Assembly (NCBI GenBank): GCA_950097015.1
Contig: CATNEN010000011.1
Span: 62,001-126,000, forward strand
Source of the DNA: Macrostomum hystrix
Lineage: Eukaryota > Animalia > Platyhelminthes
DNA length: 64,000 bases
Direction of reading: 5' to 3'
Positions 1 through 11,538 of this stretch are shown one piece after another. A model generated the notes under the pieces. That model did no database searches. It saw nothing but the letters and a program-made list of their open reading frames with translations, and was not told the origin of the DNA. Position numbers and translations under genes: made by a program. The first letter of the stretch is position 1; each line of letters starts with the position of its first letter.

Positions 1-3000
1 ACGCTGATACAGGAACAACCATAGAAAACAATCATGCTCCGTGTAGCGATATAGAACAGCTTTGCGCGTGCTTCTCGCACAGATCGATATATGCTGCTAT
101 TTCAGAACTAAGGAACTGTGTCTGTGAACTGGGCGCTGAGGCTATAATAAAAATTCCTTGATTGAAACGTGCGTTTGCACACTCTCAATCAGCGGGAATA
201 TAGAAACGCAGCTAGAGTTTCAGCTAGCTGCTCCTACAGATGTCAATATGCTGCTATGTTAGAACTAGGCTCAAACTTTTTGCAAATCACGCCGTACATG
301 AAAAAGCGAAAAGAACAACTTGATCTTCTTGCACGTGCACTAGAACAGCTTTGCACGTTCTGTTTGCAAAGATCAATTCATGCTGCTATTTAAGCATTTT
401 TATTAACAATCATGACAATAACAGCATTTAAGCATTTTTATTAACAATCATGATAATAACAATCATGATAATAAAAATTCCTTGATTGAAACGTGCGTTT
501 GCACACTCTCAATCAGCAGGAATATAGAAACGCAGCTAGAGTTTCAGCTAGCTGCTCCTACAGATGTCAATATGCTGCTATGTTAGAACTAGGCTCAAGC
601 TTTTTGCAAATCACGCCGTACATGAAAAAGCGAAAAGAACAACTTGAGCTTCTTGCACGTGCACTAGAACAGCTTTGCACGTTCTGTTTGCAAAGATCAA
701 TTCATGCTACTATTTAGGCATTTTGAAGGGACACTTAAGGCTGTAGCTAGTTTGCTTAAGTGAAAGTGCTCTTACTCTAGTCAAGAGGAAGATATGAACG
801 CAGCTAAAGTTTTATATCTAGCTGCTCCCACAGATGTCTTGTGCAGCAATATCAGAACCAATGATTGCTATTGCAGCTTACAGCTAGCATGCCTGACTTT
901 GAGAGGCGCAATGATGCACGCTGATACAGGAACAACCATAGAAAACAATCATGCTCCGTGTAGCGATATAGAACAGCTTTGCGCGTGCTTCTCGCACAGA
1001 TCGATATATGCTGCTATTTCAGAACTAAGGAACTGTGTCTGTGAACTGGGCGCTGAGGCTATAATAAAAATTCCTTGATTGAAACGTGCGTTTGCACACT
1101 CTCAATCAGCGGGAATATAGAAACGCAGCTAGAGTTTCAGCTAGCTGCTCCTACAGATGTCAATATGCTGCTATGTTAGAACTAGGCTCAAGCTTTTTGC
1201 AAATCACGCCGTACATGAAAAAGCGAAAAGAACAACTTGAGCTTCTTGCACGTGCACTAGAACAGCTTTGCACGTTCTGTTTGCAAAGATCAATTCATGC
1301 TGCTATTTAAGCATTTTTATTAACAATCATGATAATAACAGCATTTAAGCATTTCTATTAACAATCATGATAATAAAAATTCCTTGATTGAAACGTGCGT
1401 TTGCACACTCGCAATCAGCGGGAATATAGAAACGCAGCTAGAGTTTCAGCTAGCCGCTCCTACAGATGTCAATATGCTGCTATGTTAGAACTAGGCTCAA
1501 GCTTTTTGCAAATCACGCCGTACATGAAAAAGCGAAAAGAACAACTTGAGCTTCTTGCACGTGCACTAGAACAGCTTTGCACGTTCTGTTTGCAAAGATC
1601 AATTCATGCTGCTATTTAAGCATTTTTATTAACAATCATGATAATAACAGCATTTAAGCATTTTTATTAACAATCATGATAATAACAGCATTTAAGCCTT
1701 TTTATTAACAATCATGATAATAACAATCATGATAATAAAAATTCCTTGATTGAAACGTGCGTTTGCAGACTCTCAATCAGCAGGAATATAGAAACGCAGC
1801 TAGAGTTTCTGCTAGCTGCTCCTACAGATGTCAATATGCTGCAATGTTAGAACTAGGCTCAAGCTTTTTGCAAATCACGCCGTACATGAAAAAGCGAAAA
1901 GAACAACTTGAGCTTCTTGCACGTGCACTAGAACAGCTTTGCACGTTCTGTTTGCAAAGATCAATTCATGCTGCTATTTAAGCATTTTGAAGGGACACTC
2001 AAGGCTGTAGCTAGTTTGCTTAAGTGAAAGTGCTCTTACTCTAGTCAAAAGGAAGATATGAACCCAGCTAAAGTTTTATATCTAGCTGCTCCCACAGATG
2101 TCTTGTGCAGCAATATCAGAACCAATGATTGCTATTGCAGCTTACAGCTAGCATGCCTGACTTTGAGAGGCGCAATGATGCACGCTGATACAGGAACAAC
2201 CATAGAAAACAATCATGCTCCGTGTAGCGATATAGAACAGCTTTGCGCGTGCTTCTCGCACAGATCGATATATGCTGCTATTTCAGAACTAAGGAACTGT
2301 GTCTGTGAACTGGGCGCTGAGGCTATAATAAAAATTCCTTGATTGAAACGTGCGTTTGCACACTCTCAATCAGCAGGAATATAGAAACGCAGCTAGAGTT
2401 TCAGCTAGCTGCTCCTACAGATGTCAATATGCTGCAATGTTAGAACTAGGCTCAAGCTTTTTGCAAATCACGCCGTACATGAAAAAGCGAAAAGAACAAC
2501 TTGAGCTTCTTGCACGTGCACTAGAACAGCTTTGCACGTTCTGTTTGCAAAGATCAATTCATGCTGCTATTTAAGCATTTTGAAGGGACACTCAAGGCTG
2601 TAGCTAGTTTGCTTAAGTGAAAGTGCTCTTACTCTAGTCAAGAGGAAGATATGAACGCAGCTAAAGTTTTATATCTAGCTGCTCCCACAGATGTCTTGTG
2701 CAGCAATATCAGAACCAATGATTGCTATTGCAGCTTACAGCTAGCATGCCTGACTTTGAGAGGCGCAATGATGCACGCTGATACAGGAACAACCATAGAA
2801 AACAATCATGCTCCGTGTAGCGATATAGAACAGCTTTGCGCGTGCTTCTCGCACAGATCGATATATGCTGCTATTTCAGAACTAAGGAACTGTGTCTGTG
2901 AACTGGGCGCTGAGGCTATAATAAAAATTCCTTGATTGAAACGTGCGTTTGCACACTCTCAATCAGCAGGAATATAGAAACGCAGCTAGAGTTTCAGCTA

Positions 3001-6000
3001 GCTGCTCCTACAGATGTCAATATGCTGCAATGTTAGAACTAGGCTCAAGCTTTTTGCAAATCACGCCGTACATGAAAAAGCGAAAAGAACAACTTGAGCT
3101 TCTTGCACGTGCACTAGAACAGCTTTGCACGTTCTGTTTGCAAAGATCAATTCATGCTGCTATTTAAGCATTTTTATTAACAATCATGATAATAACAGCA
3201 TTTAAGCATTTTTATTAACAATCATGATAATAACAATCATGATAATAAAAATTCCTTGATTGAAACGTGCGTTTGCACACTCTCAATCAGCGGGAATATA
3301 GAAACGCAGCTAGAGTTTCAGCTAGCCGCTCCTACAGATGTCAATATGCTGCTATGTTAGAACTAGGCTCAAGCTTTTTGCAAATCACGCCGTACATGAA
3401 AAAGCGAAAAGAACAACTTGAGCTTCTTGCACGTGCACTAGAACAGCTTTGCACGTTCTGTTTGCAAAGATCAATTCATGCTGCTATTTAGGCATTTTGA
3501 AGGGACACTCAAGGCTGTAGCTAGTTTGCTTAAGTGAAAGTGCTCTTACTCTAGTCAAGAGGAAGATATGAACCCAGCTAAAGTTTTATATCTAGCTGCT
3601 CCCACAGATGTCTTGTGCAGCAATATCAGAACCAATGATTGCTATTGCAGCTTACAGCTAGCATGCCTGACTTTGAGAGGCGCAATGATGCACGCTGATA
3701 CAGGAACAACCATAGAAAACAATCATGCTCCGTGTAGCGATATAGAACAGCTTTGCGCGTGCTTCTCGCACAGATCGCTCTATATGGCTTTTCTGAACTA
3801 TGTTGGGGCGCTGAGGCTAGACATTGTTTCCTTGATTGGAACTGGCGCTTACACACTCTCCCAGTCAGCTGGAAGATATGAACGGAGCAAAAGTTTTTGC
3901 TTGCTGCTCCCGCAGATGTCATTATGCTGCAATGTTAGAATTAGTCTCAGGATTTTGCAAAACACGCCGTACATGAATAAGCGAAAAGAACAACTTGAGC
4001 TTCTTGCACGTGCACTAGAACAGCTTTGCACGTGCTGTTTGCAAAGATCGAGACATGCTGCTATTTAAGCATTTTGAAGGGACACTCAAGGCTGTAGCTA
4101 GTTTGCTTAAGTGAAAGTGCTCTTACTCTAGTCAAGAGGAAGATATGAACCCAGCTAAAGTTTTATATCTAGCTGCTCCCACAGATGTCTTGTGCAGCAA
4201 TATCAGAACCAATGATTGCTATTGCAGCTTACAGCTAGCATGCCTGACTTTGAGAGTCGCAATGATGCACGCTGATACAGGAACAACCATAGAAAACAAT
4301 CATGCTCCGTGTAGCGATATAGAACAGCTTTGCGCGTGCTTCTCGCACAGATCGATATATGCTGCTATTTCAGAACTAAGGAACTGTGTCTGTGAACTGG
4401 GCGCTGAGGCTATAATAAAAATTCAGCTTTGCACGTGCTGTTTGCAAAGATCGATACATGCTGCTATTTAAGCATTTTGAAGGGACACTCAAGGCTGTAG
4501 CTAGTTTGCTTAAGTAGTGAAAGTACTCTTACTCTAGTCAAGAGGAAGGTATGAACGCAGCTAAAGTTTTATCTAGCTGCTTCCACAGATGTCTTGTGCA
4601 GCAATATCAGAACCAATGATTGCTATTGCAGCTTACAGCTAGCATGCCTGACTTTGAGAGGCGCAATGATGCACGCTGATACAGGAACAACCATAGAAAA
4701 CAATCATGCTCGGTGTAGCGATCTAGAACAGCTTTACGCGTGCCTCTCGCACAGATCGATATATGCTGCTATTTCAGAACTAAGGAACTGTGTCTGTGAA
4801 CTGGGCGATGAGGCTATAATTAAATTCCTTGATTGAAACGTGCGTTTACACACTCTCACTCAGCAGGAATATAGAAACGCAGCTAGAGTTTCAGCTAGCT
4901 GCTCCTACAGATGTCAATATGCTGCAATGTTAGAACTAGGCTCAAGCTTTTTGCAAATCACGCCGTACATGAAAAAGCGAAAAGAACAACTTGAGCTTCT
5001 TGCACGTGCACTAGAACAGCTTTGCACGTTCTGTTTGCAAAGATCAATTCATGCTGCTATTTAAGCATTTTGCAAGGGACACTCAAGGCTGTAGCTAGTT
5101 TGCTTAAGTGAAAGTGCTCTTACTCTAGTCAAGAGGAAGATATGAACGCAGCTAAAGTTTTATATCTAGCTGCTCCCACAGATGTCTTGTGCAGCAATAT
5201 CAGAACCAATGATTGCTATTGCAGCTTACAGCTAGCATGCCTGACTTTGAGAGGCGCAATGATGCACGCTGATACAGGAACAACCATAGAAAACAATCAT
5301 GCTCCGTGTAGCGATATAGAACAGCTTTGCGCGTGCTTCTCGCACAGATCGATATATGCTGCTATTTCAGAACTAAGGAACTGTGTCTCTGAAATGGGCG
5401 ATGAGGCTATAATTAAATTCCTTGATTGAAACGTGCGTTTGCACACTCTCAATCAGCAGGAATATAGAAACGCAGCTAGAGTTTCAGCTAGCTACTCCTA
5501 CAGATGTCAATATGCTGCAATTTTAGAAATGGGCTCAAGCGTTTTGCAAATCACGCCGTACATGAAAAATCGAAAAGAACAACTTGAGCTTCTTGCACGT
5601 GTACTAGAACAGCTTTGCACGTGCTGTTTGCAAAGATCGATACATGCTGCTATTTAAGCATTTTGAAGGGACACTCAAGGCTGTAGCTAGTTTGCTTAAG
5701 TAGTGAAAGTGCTCTTACTCTAGTCAAGAGGAAGGTATGAACGCAGCTAAAGTTTTATCTAGCTGCTTCCACAGATGTCTTGTGCAGCAATATCAGAACC
5801 AATGATTGCTATTGCAGCTTACAGCTAGCATGCCAGACTTTGAGAGGCGCAATGATGCACGCTGATACAGGAACAACCATAGAAAACAATCATGCTCCGT
5901 GTAGCGATATAGAACAGCTTTGCGCGTGCTTCTCGCACAGATCGATATATGCTGCTATTTCAGAACTAAGGAACTGTGTCTGCAAACTGGGCGCTGAGCT

Positions 6001-7118
6001 ATAATAAAAATTCCTTGATTGAAACGTGCGTTTGCACACTCTCAATCAGCAGGAATATAGAAACGCAGCTAGAGTTTCAGCTAGCTGCTCCTGCAGATGT
6101 CAATATGCTGCAATGTTAGAACTAGGCTCAAGCTTTTTGCAAATCACGCCGTACATGAAAAAGCGAAAAGAGCAACTTAAGCTTCTTGCACGTGTACTAG
6201 AACAGCTTTGCACGTGCTGTTTGCAAAGATCGATACATGCTGCTATTTAAGCATTTTGAAGGGACACTCAAGGCTGTAGCTAGTTTGCTTAAGTGAAAGT
6301 GCTCTTACTCCAGTCAAGAGGAAGATATGAACGCAGCTAAAGTTTTATATCTAGCTGCTCCCACAGATGTCTTGTGCAGCAATATCAGAAGCAATGATTG
6401 CTATTGCAGCTTACAGCTAGCATGCCTGACTTTGAGAGGCGCAATGATGCACGCTGATACAGGAACAACCATAGAAAACAATCATGCTCCTTGTAGCGAT
6501 CTAGAACAGGTTTGCGCGTGCTTCTCGCACAGATCGCTCTATATGGCTTTTCTGAACTATGTTGGGGCGCTGAGGCTAGACTTTGTTTCCTTGATTGGAA
6601 CTGGCGCTTACACACTCTCCCAGTCAGCTGGAAGATATGAACGGAGCAAAAGTTTTAGCTAGCTGCTCCCGCAGATGTCATTATGCTGCAATGTTAGAAT
6701 CAGTCTCAGGATTTTGCAAGACACGCCACGCCGTACATGAATTAGCGAAAAGAACAACTTGAGCTTCTTGCACGTGCACTAGAACAGCTTTGCACGTGCT
6801 GTTTGCAAAGATCGATACATGCTGCTATTTAAGCATTTTGAAGGGACACTCAAGGCTGTAGCTAGTTTGCTTAAGTGAAAGTGCTCTTACTCTAGTCAAG
6901 AGGAAGATATGAACGCAGCTAAAGTTTTATCTAGCTGCTCCCACAGATGTCTTGTGCAGCAATATCAGAACCAATGATTGCTATTGCAGCTTACAGCTAG
7001 CATGCCTGACTTTGAGAGGCGCAATGATGCACGCTGATACAGGAACAACCATAGAAAACAATCATGCTCCGTGTAGCGATATAGAACAGGTTTGCGCGTG
7101 CTTCTCGCACAGATCGAT
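1..7118. repeat. Satellite array block 1 (mixed 593-bp and 577-bp units with half-unit duplications)
   Basis: Near-identical units recur (2058 to 2651 = 593 bp; 3568 to 4145 = 577 bp); extra periods of 309/324/362 bp in 1-3500 caused by AT-rich fillers. Confidence 0.97.
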
Positions 7119-7213
7119 TTAGTGACCAGCCAGACACAAAGAGACACAACGGGACAATTGGCGAGCAAGGCGAGCAACGCGCGGGAGGCGCATAGCGAAA
7201 AAGCGACCTCCAA
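7119..7213 (-). repeat. Ngaro-1 split direct repeat B2 (95 bp; partner B1 7486-7580)
   Basis: ttagtgaccagcc...gacctccaa occurs at 7119 and 7486; one substitution seen (gcatagc vs gcacagc). Confidence 0.95.
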
Positions 7214-7297
7214 GCTTTGTATTTTTTTTTAACGGGTTACAAAGAATTGAAAAAGGTAATATTTGTATTCGAGTTAAAAGCAGAAATTGAATTAAAA

Positions 7298-7449
7298 AAA
7301 ACTCAAGCGGAGAGCTGCGCGCAAATTGAATCCGAAAACGTGGTGAGAGGCTCACCTAAAAAGGCTAGCAGGCGGCGGGGGTGGGGGACGGCCCCACCCG
7401 ACACAGATGCACAGAGACAGCAAGGGGGCGGGCTGATCACTAAAGCCGG
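7298..7449 (-). repeat. Ngaro-1 split direct repeat A2 (152 bp; partner A1 11378-11529)
   Basis: aaaactcaagcgg...taaagccgg repeated at an offset of 4080 bp, apparently identical. Confidence 0.95.
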
Positions 7450-7621
7450 TTTGCACAGGCGCAAGCACCCATGCAAACCAAAGCATTAGTGACCAGCCAG
7501 ACACAAAGAGACACAACGGGACAATTGGCGAGCAAGGCGAGCAACGCGCGGGAGGCGCACAGCGAAAAAGCGACCTCCAAACCCCAAAGCGAGCAAGCGA
7601 ACAAAAGCAGAAGGCTGGGAG

Positions 7622-8607
7622 CTAAAACAAAGCAGAGACACCGCGGGCAAAAGTCACAGCAGCCTCCGCTGTCTGGTGAAACCGGGGGAGATAACGCTGC
7701 ACAGCTTCACTTCTCCAGTCACCAATGCGCATGATATCAGCCACTGGGAGGCCCAGCACAGACGCCCAGGTAGCTCCTCCTCGTCGCAGGCTGTGCGCGG
7801 AGTAAGATTCTGGTCGAACGCCGACTGCGGCAAACTTGTCACGGAGGAAGCAGTCCAGGTGCCTCCCAGTCAGCAGGCGCAAGCCGCCACTTCCGTCGGC
7901 GTAGGACCAGAGTGGTGACTCTGCTGACTTCAATTCGTTGGCGCGGATGTGTCGCTCGACTGCGCTAACCGGGCACAGGGCACGCTGCCGCGCCAATCTC
8001 GGCAGCAGTACCAGGTGGCTGCGCTCCTTGAACTGGATGGTCTTGCCGAACTCGCAGCGCAACACCAGACCCTTCGGATGCTGAAGCAGGTCGGCGCGCC
8101 GGGAAAGGGCCGGGCCCTTGCCAGTTCGTGGCAGAAAGCTGGACTTTCGCAGCATTCCCCACCAGCAGCAGATGGTCACAGCCCAGCAGGCCAGCTGCAG
8201 CCTGTCGGTCTCGTCAACTAGTCGTCGCATCTCCGTCAGCATTGTAGGCGACACAGGCCGCTTTCGGTTCACGCGCAGTCCGAGGACTCGTTTAGCGCCG
8301 CGAAGGAGAAGAACCGCTGAAGCGTGCTTAGTCAGGTCCGGCGACGAGTTAATTCGGAACCAGAGCGACAGAGAGCTGTAGACTGCCGAGATGCTGCTGT
8401 AGGCATGTAGCCGTGTGCCGATCAGACTGGCCAAATAGTTCAACAGGCTCGTGACGTTGCAGGACACTGGATCGCAGCCGGTTTGGCGGCAGAACTCCCG
8501 CCACTCACGGACGTGTCTGTTGACTGCCTGCGCCGACCTCGGTGCGTACGCAGCGCCTAGCAGCGATGTGGCGCGGCTGCTAAGAGAGTCTGACGCAGCT
8601 GGGCGGC
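7622..8607 (-). CDS. Tyrosine recombinase of Ngaro-1 (no nearby ATG; start placed at putative splice acceptor)
   Basis: Motifs WWGMLRKS (R), EFGKT (K), SAHSLRRGGA (HxxR), GDWRS (W), QRYL (Y); frame stays open upstream of 8467 to a TAA just before ttttcag. Confidence 0.9.
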
Positions 8608-10260
8608 CTGAAAATTAAGAAATGAGGCGGTCGCCAAGCCAAAAGCATGCTGATACAGTGATTGTAGAATGCTTGGGCATATAAAACCATACAAGCGGAG
8701 TAAAAAGTTTAAAAGCTGGCCTCGCTCATGCAACCGCGAGGCAGCGTCCGCAAAAATTTGAAAATCACCAGGCACATGAAACGCGCGAATGCTCATTCCA
8801 AAGCGCAAACACATCAGGGCCACCGTCTGCAGCAGCCGCTGCAACGCAGGACACTTTGAAACGCCTTTGTTGATGATGTGACAGGCCGTCTGGTTGTCGC
8901 AGTAGATGCTCACCTTGCAACCTTTGAGCACATCCCTCCACCTCATCACTGCCAGCAGAGGGACCAACGCTGCCTTGTAGTTGATCGGCAGGTTCGCGAA
9001 GGCTGATCCTGCATCCTTCTCCCAGTCCAGGTAGCACCAGTCAAACAGACCATCCTGGTCACGCAGCAGCGCCGCACCACCTCTGCCGCACGCATCGGAT
9101 TCCATCGCCACAACTCGATTGTAGCTCGGCCACAGCTGCACCCATCGGCACGCCTGCAACGCCACCTTCCACCAGTTCAGCTGACTGCGTAACCCGGAGT
9201 CGACCAGCGTTCGCTGTCCACGCCGTAAGGTGTTGCACCGCTCAATCAGCTCACGCAAGAAGGTCCTTCCGCAACTGATGACCTGCGCTGCCCACCCCAA
9301 CTTGCCAATGACCTGTTGGAGGGCCCGCTGACTAATCCTCACCTTGGCTAACTCGGCACCAACCAGGTTGATCAACTTCCTCGCCTTCTCATCCGGCAGC
9401 TTCTTGATTCCTTCCACAGTGTCGAACTCAATTCCAAGGAATGACATCCGCTGCGCCGGCGGCTGACATTTGGCCGGGTTGACGGTGAATCCCAGCCGAG
9501 TCAGCAAGTAAATCAGATCGACGTAGAAGCGCTGGCAGTTCTCCTGCGTCCCGCAGTAGGCAAAGTCGTCCAGGTAAGACTCGGTGTTGATGAAGCCTCT
9601 GCGCACCATCATCAGATGAATCGCATTGCTCAGGCGCTGAAAGCACGTGACCGAGGCTGCCGCCCCGAACGGCAGGCGTGTATCGAACATGTAGGTGGGA
9701 GTGGCGCAGCCAGGAAACTTGAACTTGAGACCGGTGTTGACGAAGTCTTCTGGGTGCACTCCACATGCGCGGTATGCTTCACTCAGGTCAACTTTAGTCA
9801 TATAGCAGCCTCTCGTTAACTTACTTGCGAAGTTTTCAGCGCTTGAAAACCGCAACTTCTCATTGCTCTCCCAGTGCGCGTTCACCGACAGATTGTCCGG
9901 CCGACTGCAATCGTGAATTAGACGTACCCGGCCGTCATCCTTCGGCAAGGCTCCCAGCGCACTCACAATCCGAGGCCGCCACCCATCCGAGCACCGACGG
10001 TAGCGGTCAAGGCGAATTTCCCTCAGAATTTGCGTTTGAACAGCTTCAGCGTAAACATTCACAGATTCATAGTTGCTGACCTCGACAGACTTCAGGTTTT
10101 CTCGCTGCACATTCGTAATCCGAAATCCCTCAGACACACCATTCAGGATAAATTGCTTTCTGTCCAGCGGCAGATCGATCGACTCCAACTCTTCCGTCCA
10201 TGCCTCCAGCTTCAGGTCAGTTGATAAAACAGAGGAAGTTAAAACCGGATCGACGCGCAG
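8557..10260 (-). CDS. Reverse transcriptase-RNase H of Ngaro-1
   Basis: RLIHDCS, KVDLSEAY, LPFG, YLDDF, FLGIEFD; RNase H motifs ESDAC, YCDN, ADAASR (expected Glu reads as Ala in NYKAAL). Frame open from 10260, directly after the ORF1 TGA. Confidence 0.93.
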   Translation of the reverse strand: MRVDPVLTSSVLSTDLKLEAWTEELESIDLPLDRKQFILNGVSEGFRITNVQRENLKSVEVSNYESVNVYAEAVQTQILREIRLDRYRRCSDGWRPRIVSALGALPKDDGRVRLIHDCSRPDNLSVNAHWESNEKLRFSSAENFASKLTRGCYMTKVDLSEAYRACGVHPEDFVNTGLKFKFPGCATPTYMFDTRLPFGAAASVTCFQRLSNAIHLMMVRRGFINTESYLDDFAYCGTQENCQRFYVDLIYLLTRLGFTVNPAKCQPPAQRMSFLGIEFDTVEGIKKLPDEKARKLINLVGAELAKVRISQRALQQVIGKLGWAAQVISCGRTFLRELIERCNTLRRGQRTLVDSGLRSQLNWWKVALQACRWVQLWPSYNRVVAMESDACGRGGAALLRDQDGLFDWCYLDWEKDAGSAFANLPINYKAALVPLLAVMRWRDVLKGCKVSIYCDNQTACHIINKGVSKCPALQRLLQTVALMCLRFGMSIRAFHVPGDFQIFADAASRLHERGQLLNFLLRLYGFICPSILQSLYQHAFGLATASFLNFQAAQLRQTLLAAAPHRC

Positions 10261-11366
10261 TCAGTGCAGAGGCCTGCTCACCTCAGCACCGTCATCCCTG
10301 TGCGCCATCGCCGCTGAGTGGCCAAGTCCACAACGCCGGCACCGATGAGCGAAACGGCAGTTCCACCTTGAACATCCAGTTTCCTTATTGAAATCAAAGC
10401 AGGGTGGCTGCAGGCTTTGTCTTGGCACCCGGTCAACTCTGGCAGTCGGTGCACTCTGTGGGGCCATCAGGTAGGTGGCAACTCGACCAAGGTCGGATCC
10501 GCGCAACTCCCATGACGTCTCGCCATCTTCACTCAGTCTGCACTCGTCATCAAACCTCATGACTCGAGCCTTGTCGAACCCGAGGTCAAATAGCTCACCA
10601 ATGCGCGCATTGTAGCGCAGGTAGTCTCGCAACTGTGACACATCAGGCTGGCCGCCCAGCCCGCTCTTCACCAACCTGCCATCATCCAGCAACTTCAGCA
10701 TGATTCGAGCATTCGCCGAGATCCAGTCTCCAAACGTCAGCGAGTCAACAACAGCTTTCCTCACTCTGAAGGTGACTCTTCCGGATTTGTCAATGGACTG
10801 AGTAACTCCTGCTTCCTGCTGCTTCCGCTTGTTAATAAACTCAGGTATTCGGTACACCTTGCCTACAAACCGACTGGGCTCTTGCTGGGCAGCATCTTCA
10901 TCGTCAGACCACAGGTTAATGAGCAACTCACAGGGATTCTTTGACGTCGCAGGCCTTCGCTGAAGTTGGCTGACTTCTGCCTGAAGTAGAGCGGCCTCCT
11001 TGCGTAGCTTTAGCAGTCGGAGCTGCTTCTCAGCCTCCACCAGCTCGTCGTCCAGGCCGCCAGCCGCGTCAGACTCTTGACCATGTTGTACCGACTCGTT
11101 CGCGATAGAAGGCAGTTGCCTCTCCGCCATACCGCCGTCTCTTCTCATACGCGTCGTCACTGCGGCAGCTTCATCTTGCTCCTCGTCCTCGTCGTCCGCA
11201 TTCTCAAAGTCGGAGGCGATACCCTCGAGGTGCGCCCTCAGCCGCAGTAAAAGTTCACATTTTTTGCCTTGTGTTGAAAGCCCTAGGCTCTGAAGCTTCT
11301 GACGTAGCGCCCTTACAGTGGTAGGCGCTTCGGATGCAAGTGGCTCGTTAGAGTTTGGCATGATTG
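10261..11366 (-). CDS. Ngaro-1 ORF1 (gag-like) with N-terminal SAP-like motif and C-terminal Cys/His knuckles
   Basis: 372-aa ORF in track; TVRALRQKLQSLGLSTQGKKCELLLRL is SAP-like; C-terminal CFDFNKETGCSRWNCRFAHRCRRCGLGH. Confidence 0.8.
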
Positions 11367-11538
11367 TGCGAAAAATCAAAACTCAAGCGGAGAGCTGCGC
11401 GCAAATTGAATCCGAAAACGTGGTGAGAGGCTCACCTAAAAAGGCTAGCAGGCGGCGGGGGTGGGGGACGGCCCCACCCGACACAGATGCACAGAGACAG
11501 CAAGGGGGCGGGCTGATCACTAAAGCCGGCTGATCACT

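Larger units (their letters stand above)
7119..11538 (-). mobile_element. Ngaro-type tyrosine-recombinase retrotransposon, family 1, near full length
   Basis: Minus-strand ORF1, RT/RNaseH and YR; split direct repeats in order A1(11378-11529)-ORFs-B1(7486-7580)-A2(7298-7449)-B2(7119-7213); no TSD. Confidence 0.93.
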
